Of a stretch of 64,000 bases of DNA, positions 57,003 to 64,000 are shown one piece after another (the first letter of the stretch is position 1; every line of letters starts with the position of its first letter). This DNA comes from Bryobacterales bacterium (GTDB lineage: Bacteria > Acidobacteriota > Terriglobia > Bryobacterales > Bryobacteraceae), in assembly GCA_963763615.1 (NCBI GenBank), contig CAVXPI010000013.1:718-64717 (forward strand), read 5' to 3'. The translations under genes were made by a program, and so were the position numbers. Below the pieces are notes generated by a model, which saw only the letters and a list, made by a program, of their open reading frames with translations, was not told the origin of the DNA and searched no databases.

Positions 57003-57764
57003 CTAAGAAACTTCGACTTTTTGCGAGACCATCAGGCCCATGCGCTGGGCGCATTCGATCAGGCTGGTTCTGTTGTGAATATCGAGTTTGCGCATGAGGT
57101 TCAGCTTGTGAGCCTCAATGGTCTTGATGCTAAGCGACAGTTCGGCCGCTACTTCGCGCACCGTACGACCCTCTGCCAGCAAGCGCATCACTTCCTCTTC
57201 GCGCATAGTGAGTACCGATGGGCGCGGGAAACTGTTCGACGCCGCCAAGGCTTTCAAGTCGGAGGTGAAGAGGGAAAGGCCGCGGGCGGTCTGGTCATCT
57301 TGTTGGGCCACACGGCGAATGCCCGCCGTTAATTGGCTGGCTGCGCTATCCTTCAACATGTAGCCGGTGGCTCCAACGCTCATGGATTTCTCAAGATTTT
57401 CAGGAGTATCCTGTTCGGTGAGAATCAGCAGACCAGTGGTACCGGCGACTTGGCGCAACTCCAACGCCAATGCGTCATTCGCCTCGGCGAGCAGACCGAG
57501 ATCCATCACAAGCGCATCGGGAGTGATCAGCTTGGCCATCGCCAGCGCTTCCGAGAAGCTGCCTGCCTCAGCGACGATTTCCAGATCAGTCTCCCCCGCC
57601 AGAAGCGTCTTCAACCCTCTCCGAAAAAGCGAGTGGCCATCGGCCAGTATAATTCTGTGAATTCGTTTTGCGCGTGTCAAGGCAGTTTCCTCTCCCGTCA
57701 GTTTCCTTATCGGCACTAATGCGCGGCTTAGTGAAAAAAGTAAAGCGAATAAGTACGCTTTCAA
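57003..57764 (-). CDS. NarL/FixJ-type response regulator (REC + LuxR HTH).
   Basis: The receiver reads IILADGHSLFRRGL...DALVMDLGL. The HTH reads LTMREEEVMRLLAEGRTVREVAAELSLSIKTIEAHKLNLMRKL. The N-terminal extension and start are uncertain. Confidence 0.82.
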   Translation of the reverse strand: MKAYLFALLFSLSRALVPIRKLTGEETALTRAKRIHRIILADGHSLFRRGLKTLLAGETDLEIVAEAGSFSEALAMAKLITPDALVMDLGLLAEANDALALELRQVAGTTGLLILTEQDTPENLEKSMSVGATGYMLKDSAASQLTAGIRRVAQQDDQTARGLSLFTSDLKALAASNSFPRPSVLTMREEEVMRLLAEGRTVREVAAELSLSIKTIEAHKLNLMRKLDIHNRTSLIECAQRMGLMVSQKVEVS

Positions 57765-57778
57765 AAGACTGGCACGGG

Positions 57779-59059
57779 CTAGTGCCCGCTGGCCGGAGCA
57801 CTTTTCGCGAGCAACTGGACGATTTCCTCGTTTTCAGTATCCCTGGCCCGTTCCAAGGCGGTATGACCCGCCTTATCTCGCAGCATACGATTCGCGCCAC
57901 GCTGCAAGAGGAGCGTCACCACATCCAACCGTCCCATGGACGCCGCCATCATCAGCGGCGTAGCGCCGGATTGGCGTTCCCGATCGTCAATGAGCGCGCC
58001 TCGATCCAGCAGCAGAGCAACCACTTCCGCATTTCCGCCGAGTGCTGCATCGTGCAGCGCCGAACCGCCGGTCTGGTTCCGCGCCGATAGCGACGCGCCA
58101 TGATCCAGCAAGAGCTGCACCATTTTCTTTTGCCCCTTCAGCGCGGCGTCGTTCAAATAGCTGGATCCGTCCGCCGATGGTTTGTCTACATCGAAGCCGT
58201 TGTCCAACAATAAGCGGGCGATTTCCGTTTGCCCCCGCATGGTGGCCGATTCCATAGTTTCTTCGGCAATTTGTTCGGATTGCTTTAGCTTTTGACCCAG
58301 CCGGAGTAGGGCGGCCACGACATTGCCGTTTTTGTAAGCCAAAGCGATATCCAGCGGGGTTTGGCCGAAGCGGTCGCGCTGCGTTGGATCGGCACCTGCG
58401 TCGATCAGCGGTTGGATCATTGGCGCGAAACCGCGCATGCAGGCCTCGTGAAGCGCCCCGCGCCCATCTAGCGGATGTACATAGGATGCGTTGGCGTGGT
58501 TCTTCAACAAGGCGGCGACGGCAAACGGCTGGTCATGGAGCACCGCACTATCGAGGGGAGTATTACCGTTCGCATCCAGCGTCTGTATGTCTGCTTTGGC
58601 CGAGATGAGTAAGTCAATGATGGACGCATAGCCTCGTGCGGACGCCACATGCAGCAGACTCTGGCCGTCGCGATAATCTCCGTTCAGTTTGCCGCCCGCA
58701 TTTAGCAGCAACTGGGTCATTTTAGCGTGGCCGGTGAGAACAGCGTATTGCAAGGGTGTGCTGCCAGATTCGCCGTGATGGGCGTTGACGTCGGCACCGT
58801 GCGCGATCAGGAATTCGGCGATCTCGATCTGGCCGCTCCAAGCAGCCTCTAATAAAGGTGTACTGCCCAAAGCGTCGCGGATGTCGACAGGGGTGCCGCT
58901 CACGATCAGGCGTTTGACGTCGTCGAGCTTGCCGGTGCGAACTGCTATGTGCAGGGTTTCGGCTGGAGTGTCGGGAGTTTTGGGGGCGAGAGGCGGCGGA
59001 TTCTGGCTCAAGGCGAGCGAAAGCGCGATCAACGGCAAGGCGCTTCCGAGCATTTTCAT
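57779..59059 (-). CDS. Secreted ankyrin-repeat protein.
   Basis: It has a signal peptide and at least 10 ANK units (G.TPL..A...GH...V.LLL..GA). Confidence 0.88.
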   Translation of the reverse strand: MKMLGSALPLIALSLALSQNPPPLAPKTPDTPAETLHIAVRTGKLDDVKRLIVSGTPVDIRDALGSTPLLEAAWSGQIEIAEFLIAHGADVNAHHGESGSTPLQYAVLTGHAKMTQLLLNAGGKLNGDYRDGQSLLHVASARGYASIIDLLISAKADIQTLDANGNTPLDSAVLHDQPFAVAALLKNHANASYVHPLDGRGALHEACMRGFAPMIQPLIDAGADPTQRDRFGQTPLDIALAYKNGNVVAALLRLGQKLKQSEQIAEETMESATMRGQTEIARLLLDNGFDVDKPSADGSSYLNDAALKGQKKMVQLLLDHGASLSARNQTGGSALHDAALGGNAEVVALLLDRGALIDDRERQSGATPLMMAASMGRLDVVTLLLQRGANRMLRDKAGHTALERARDTENEEIVQLLAKSAPASGH

Positions 59060-59125
59060 ACGTTAGCACCAGACAAACGACTTGACACATCCATCAGACA
59101 TGGGTACACTACCCATATAGTATCT

Positions 59126-59452
59126 ATGCCTAAAGCCGAAATGCCTTCCGGGGCGTTGATCCTACTCATCCTTCGAGTGCTGCGCACGGGGCCGCTGCAC
59201 GGTTATGCCATTGCGCAACGGATTCACGCTCTTTCCGAAGAGGTCTTACGAGTGGAAGAAGGATCACTTTACCCAGCGCTGCAACGAATCCTATTAAAGG
59301 GTTGGGCGCATGCGGATTGGGGCATTTCCGAAACCAATCGCAAAGTGCGTTTTTACAAGCTGACGCCCGCGGGCAAGAAGCAACTCGAAACCGAACTTTC
59401 TGAATATGAGCGCCTCAACCAAGCCATTCAAGCTGTGCTGCGAACTGCGTAA
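59126..59452 (+). CDS. PadR-family transcriptional regulator.
   Basis: It reads LILLILRVLRTGPLHGYAIAQRI....EGSLYPALQRILLKGW. It lies directly upstream of an ADOP permease, a pairing I recall as typical. Confidence 0.9.
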   Translation: MPKAEMPSGALILLILRVLRTGPLHGYAIAQRIHALSEEVLRVEEGSLYPALQRILLKGWAHADWGISETNRKVRFYKLTPAGKKQLETELSEYERLNQAIQAVLRTA

Positions 59453-59463
59453 CCTACAGAACC

Positions 59464-62015
59464 ATGCCAGACTTCATACGCCGATTACGGTATCTTTTGA
59501 ATCGTCGCCGCTTCGACCGGGAGCTGGCCGAAGAGATGGAGGCGCATTGCGAAATGACGGCGCAACAGGGCAACCATTTTGGCAATAGCCTTCGCCTGCG
59601 AGAGGAAGCGCGCGATGCGTGGGGGTGGACGTGGATTGACGACTTAATGCATGACGTCCGCTACACGATGCGGGTGCTACGCAAATCACCCGGGTTTACG
59701 TTGGCGGCTGTTCTGACGCTTGCGGTTGGCATCGGTGTGAACGTGGCGGCATTTGGATTTTTCAATTTGATCTTCTTTAAGCCGCTGCCGGTGCGTGATC
59801 CCGGGAGTCTCGTGCGGCTGGAAAGGCTGTCGCCCAAACGCGGGTACTCTACGTGGGTGCCATATCCAGAAATGGCGTTTGTAAGTGAGTATTCGAAAAC
59901 GCTCTCGGCGGTGGTTGCGGCTTTTGGAAGCCGGTTCCGGATTGACGGCGAGGAGAAACCGCAAAGCGCGCGTTTTGTGACGCCGAATTTCTTTGGCGAG
60001 CTGGGAGGGACTGCGAGTTTAGGGCGATTAATTGATTCGCGGACGGATGGAGTTTCGAGCGCCGCTCCAGTGGCGGTGCTCAGCCATGCGTTCTGGCGGC
60101 GGCACTTCGGCGGCGGCCAGCGGGTTATAGGCGAGGTGATTCGCCTCAACAACAAGCCGTTTACGGTGATTGGCGTGTTATCGGCCGATTTCAGCGGCCT
60201 TGATTTGAGCCACACCGATGTTTGGCTGCCGATGAACGAGCAACCGTATTTTTTGACGGGCAGCCGCATGCTGACTGACTTCTCCGAAAACGATGGCGTT
60301 GAGATGTGGGGGCGGCTGAAGCCGGGTTTGACGCCGAAGGTGGCGGAGGATGAAATTCGGGGGCTGCTGGCGCAGTTGTATAAGCAGCGGCCGAACGAAA
60401 TGTGGGAGAACGAAACGCTGCAAGCCAATCCGGCGGGGAATGCGCGCGTTTCGCACGGGCGGAGTAAGGGATCGGGAGCACCGCCAAATCCGTGGCGGGA
60501 CGTCTTTCCCATCATCGGACTGGTGAGTGCGTTTGTGCTGTTGATTCTGGCGGTGTCGAGCGGAAATCTCGGCAGTCTGCTGCTCGCGAGGAGCGTGGCT
60601 CGGGAGCGCGAGATCTCGATTCGCATTTCGGTGGGCGCGGGGCGGGCTCGTTTGATTCGCCAACTTTTCACTGAGAGTTTGGTGTTGGCGTTTCTTGGCT
60701 CGGTGGCTGGGCTGGCGCTCGGCTTTGTGACCCTGCGAACGTTCATTCTATGGATGGATGCGCCGGCCTGGCTCAATCCGAATCCAGACTGGCGCGTGGT
60801 GTTATTCTCGCTCGGAATCGGCGTGGTAGCGGCGGTGCTGTTTGGGCTCACGCCAGCCCTGCAGATTGCAAGACAACGGCATCGGGCGACGATGGTGCGG
60901 AAAATTTTGATTGCCGGCCAGGTAGCGGCGAGTTGCGTGCTGCTGATTGTTTCCGGACTGCTGGCGCGGGCGCTGGATTTCGCGCTGCATTTCAATCCAG
61001 GGTTTGAATATCAGAATGTCGTGCTGCTTCAGCCGGAGTTAGATGGTCATGGTTACACGCCGGAGAAAGCGCGCGCGTATCTCGACGAGTTGCAAAGCCG
61101 GCTTCGGCAGATGCCTGGAGTGCAGTCTTTGGCGCTTACGTCAATTCCGCCATTAGCGGAACGGTTGAGTCGACTGGGACGGCTATCGCGGGACGGCAGC
61201 TTACCATTCACGTCAGTCGAGTCAGCGCTACGTTCTTTCAGACGATGGGCATTCCTATTCTGCGCGGACGCGCTCTGAAGCCGGGCGAGGCGCATGCCAT
61301 TGTCGTTGGCGAATCGTTTGCCAAGATTGGCTGGCCGGATAAAGATGCGTTAGGCGGCAAGTTCGACACCGACGATGACCACTTTACGGTGGTCGGCATC
61401 GTGGGGACCGCACGGCTGGTGGAACGGGAGAATCCGGATGCGGTGGAGGCTTATTTCCCGATGGAACCGGCCGGACTTGTCGGGGCTAGCGTGCTGGTAA
61501 AGACGAACGGTCGGACGGAGAGCATGATGCCCGCGATGAGTGCGCTGGCGAAGTCGATCCGGCCGGATGTGATCCCTTATGTTCAACCCTTGAAGGTGTC
61601 GTTCAGAGAGCAACTGAACACCATTCGCAATGCTGCGCTCGCGGTGAGTGCGCTCGGGGTGGTGGCGCTGTCGATTGCGTGCCTCGGGATTGTGGGACTG
61701 GTCGCCTACGCGGTGTCGCAGCGGACAAAGGAGATCGGGTTGCGGATGGCGCTGGGCGCGAATCCGGCGCATGTGTTGGGTACGCTTCTACGGCAATTTA
61801 GCGGGACCGTGTGCCTGGGATTGCTGGGCGGAGTGGCGGGGGCGGCGGGGCTTTCGCAATTGCTGCGGCAGGTGTTATATGGGATTAGTAGTCTTGATCC
61901 AGTGGCGTACGTAGTGGCGCCGGGGATTTTTGCGGTGGTGGCGGCGGTGGCAGCGTTGTTGCCGGCTCGGAGGGCGTTGAAGATCGATCCGATGTTGGCA
62001 TTGCGGTATGACTGA
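59464..62015 (+). pseudogene. ADOP-family duplicated FtsX/MacB-like permease with an apparent 1-nt frameshift.
   Basis: ORF 59464-61278 and ORF 61245-62015 are the two halves of one permease. The frame of the second ORF stays open upstream, reading ..SGTVESTGTAIAGRQLTIHVSRVSATFFQTMGIPILRGR. The first frame reads ..LALTSIPPLAERLS... The switch is near 61150-61160. Confidence 0.8.
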
Positions 62016-62117
62016 CGGGACGCGTTTAGCTTCCGTTTCTGGCCGCTATCCGGATTTCTGAACTGTGCGTTGATACGCATTGGTACCCGGCAAGAACAGT
62101 TGTAGAGGAAGATCTTC

Positions 62118-63191
62118 TCAGACCTCGGCAATAGAGTCGTAGGTTGCGATCTGGAGGAGCGCTGCGGCAAGCTCATCTGGTGCTGACAGAAATGGTGAGT
62201 GGTCGGTATTCAGTGAGAATATCGCTTCGCAATGCGTAGTTGTGGACATCTTTTGCTGCAATGCGGGTGAGACCGTCCGATCTTGCAAACACTGGATGTA
62301 GAATCTCTTTATTTTTCCAAATCGCCGGGCCGTCACCTGCGCTGGGGTGGTGAATCCGACCAGTGGCTGGGGCACCAGTTGCGCTTCTGCCCATGCCGCA
62401 TCCTCGTCGGTGCAACTTCCGTAGATAAGCTCCCGGATCATGCCGGGCTTGATTGTGCAAGTCAGACCGTCTACCAACAAATACTGGCCATTGGCAGCTG
62501 TCTCAGGATCGCTAGTGGCGACCTCTAACAGAGACTGCCCGGAATTGAGGAGATACGCTGTCAAGTACACGAGCGCTTTGATCTTCTCCGGCATCCTTTC
62601 GGCGGCTTCGCTGATCACAATTCCGCCCATGCTATGGCCTACCAGGATTACGGGTCCAGCTTCACTCGTGAGCGGTTCACAAACGGCGTCCGTATACCGT
62701 TTTAAGGTTATCTCACTAGCGGGTGTATGATCTGAACCGAGACCCGGCAAATCTCTTGCCAAGACTTTACGTCCCTTATGTTCTAGCTTGGGAATTACTC
62801 GTTCCCAGCACCATCGGCCATGCCAAGCACCATGAACTAAGTGAATGCTGCTCAAATCAGCGCCTCCAGGCCCGTAGACGTTACCGATACTTGGTTGACG
62901 CGCTACACGGAGGATATCTTCGCCGTGGCGGGATCGCGTTGAGGTACGTGAGGCGAGGGCACTTTGGGGGGCGGTGCAGTCGCCAGAATTGGGAAGGCAA
63001 AGTTGAAGACGTTTCGCGCGATCTTGACTGAGGCGGAAGAGGCAGCCGAGAAAAGCCATCATTCGATCCCCGATTCGGCTCCTTAGTCGTAGGCTTCTCG
63101 GAGAATTTTGCAACGAGAGGTGGTAAAAGCTTCTCTTCAGTAAACGCGGCGCTGCGGTGCGACCGACCTGACGAAGAGGCCGAAGTAGCAA
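62118..63191 (-). CDS. Alpha/beta hydrolase (esterase-like).
   Basis: It has IHLVHGAWHGRWCW and the nucleophile elbow VGHSMGG. The long low-complexity N-terminal extension makes the true start uncertain; it could be near 63062 or later. Confidence 0.72.
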   Translation of the reverse strand: MLLRPLRQVGRTAAPRLLKRSFYHLSLQNSPRSLRLRSRIGDRMMAFLGCLFRLSQDRAKRLQLCLPNSGDCTAPQSALASRTSTRSRHGEDILRVARQPSIGNVYGPGGADLSSIHLVHGAWHGRWCWERVIPKLEHKGRKVLARDLPGLGSDHTPASEITLKRYTDAVCEPLTSEAGPVILVGHSMGGIVISEAAERMPEKIKALVYLTAYLLNSGQSLLEVATSDPETAANGQYLLVDGLTCTIKPGMIRELIYGSCTDEDAAWAEAQLVPQPLVGFTTPAQVTARRFGKIKRFYIQCLQDRTVSPALQQKMSTTTHCEAIFSLNTDHSPFLSAPDELAAALLQIATYDSIAEV

Positions 63192-63193
63192 AT

Positions 63194-63670
63194 CTAGTTC
63201 CCGCTCCGCCTAGTTCGCCAGTATTCGCGGAATGCCTCTAGGCGGCCTAAGGATTCTTTGTCCTTTCTCCGGTTCGCTGCCCGTTTGCTAGCAATAATGT
63301 CATCCAGGTGGCAGACGGGAAAACCTTCGATATCAATCCGGCGCGACCACGCGTCTTCGAATCTCTCAATGCCATCCGGCGCGAAGATCAAATCGAGATC
63401 GAAGGGGCCGTTCTTGAGCTGAATAAAATCCTTGCCTCGCCGGATCTCGTCATCCTCAGTTTCATTTAGTTCGAAACCAAGCTCATGGAGTGCGGGAATA
63501 AGCGCTTCGCAATTCTCCGGTCGCTTGTCGAGATAAAGGTCGGCATCTTGGGTCGTGTCGGGAAAGCCAAGCAGAATCGCTCCCGACTTCCCCAGAAACA
63601 AATAGCGAACCCCATGTTGGGCAAAAACCCGCTGAATTTCCTGCGCCTGGCGATACTCGAACGCCGCCAT
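63194..63670 (-). CDS. Minimal nucleotidyltransferase-fold protein (TA-like module candidate).
   Basis: It has the GKSGAILLGFPDTTQDADLYL pattern (G.S...D.D) and is 158 aa. It lies 3 nt downstream of a small partner ORF. Confidence 0.5.
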   Translation of the reverse strand: MAAFEYRQAQEIQRVFAQHGVRYLFLGKSGAILLGFPDTTQDADLYLDKRPENCEALIPALHELGFELNETEDDEIRRGKDFIQLKNGPFDLDLIFAPDGIERFEDAWSRRIDIEGFPVCHLDDIIASKRAANRRKDKESLGRLEAFREYWRTRRSGN

Positions 63671-63673
63671 AGG

Positions 63674-63916
63674 TTAAGAGGCTTCTGTCCGGTAGCCGAG
63701 CCACTCGGGCAGCTTTTCATTGCACCAGCGACGATACTCCTGCATGGTGTCGAACGATCGATAACGCGCATCATCCAGGACGGGCTTATAGGTTCGAAGG
63801 AAGGCATAACGCATGCGGGTTTGCAACGGCCGCTTCGCATTCGCCTCGAATTCGGCGAGCAACTCTGGGGTTAAGCAGCCGGCCGCCACAACAGTTTCCA
63901 TGCCTTTACTGTACAC
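63674..63916 (-). CDS. Small partner protein of the nucleotidyltransferase (hypothetical).
   Basis: The 80-aa ORF is tightly linked upstream of the NTase gene and has a ..FDTMQEYRRWCNEKLPEWLGY tail. Confidence 0.4.
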   Translation of the reverse strand: MYSKGMETVVAAGCLTPELLAEFEANAKRPLQTRMRYAFLRTYKPVLDDARYRSFDTMQEYRRWCNEKLPEWLGYRTEAS

Positions 63917-64000
63917 ACTTCCAACCGCTTTCGCGCACCGGGCTGGGACCCGTCACGCAAAGTTTAATCAGCGCCGCGGATGGCGGTCTTCAGCGATTCG

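Noticed and set aside
59661-60995. A 444-aa minus-strand ORF.
   Set aside because: It is entirely antisense to the ADOP permease, whose sense frame has the family's TM and N-terminal motifs. The translation is Ser/Arg/Pro-rich.
63964-64000. Possible 3' end of a minus-strand gene running off the window (...ESLKTAIRGAD*).
   Set aside because: Only about 12 codons are visible, which is not enough to support a feature.

Overview
This is a 64-kb GC-rich bacterial chromosomal segment. All functional calls are by-eye motif recognition on the supplied ORF translations and raw sequence; no search or computation was run.

Likely origin: the gene content is what I associate with Acidobacteriota. It includes two ADOP-type duplicated FtsX/MacB-like permeases (one preceded by PadR), an FG-GAP/ASPIC-UnbV protein, a giant sedolisin with NHL repeats, and many Sec/Tat-exported hydrolases. 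This is inference from recalled family distributions.

Ordinary content:
- feoA-feoB-trxB with overlapping stop/start codons
- class-V aminotransferase, Zn-dependent alcohol dehydrogenase, TlpA-like redoxin
- galU, ferredoxin, queD
- REC-GAF-PAS-HisKA_2 kinase, DinG/XPD-like helicase
- Tat-signal enolase-superfamily enzyme
- coxS/L/M/G-like molybdoenzyme cluster without the form-I CO-dehydrogenase motif
- M28/PSMA-like peptidase, tRNA-Asp(GUC), MFS transporter, trxA, MlrC-like peptidase, sppA
- LuxR-type response regulator, ankyrin protein
- two clear type II TA pairs (Phd/PIN, RHH/PIN) and a nucleotidyltransferase-pair candidate

Most notable:
1. A group II intron lies flush against the stop codon of a 1482-aa sedolisin gene. 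Its RT ORF is itself split by a 2.9-kb three-gene large-serine-recombinase cassette flanked by an identical 9-mer.
2. A 1.4-kb non-coding, repeat-dense region holds a perfect 122-bp duplication, a 30-mer x4, at least 12 copies of a GG[CG]TTCGT-type motif and a perfect 19-bp hairpin.
3. A two-gene cassette pairs a tail-anchored helical protein with a SPASM-like radical SAM enzyme.
4. The last ~385 codons of a giant surface repeat protein are duplicated 2.8 kb downstream in a frameshifted chimeric paralog, with an AT-richer islet in between.
5. At least six single-nucleotide frame disruptions occur in otherwise intact genes. These may be consensus errors rather than biology.
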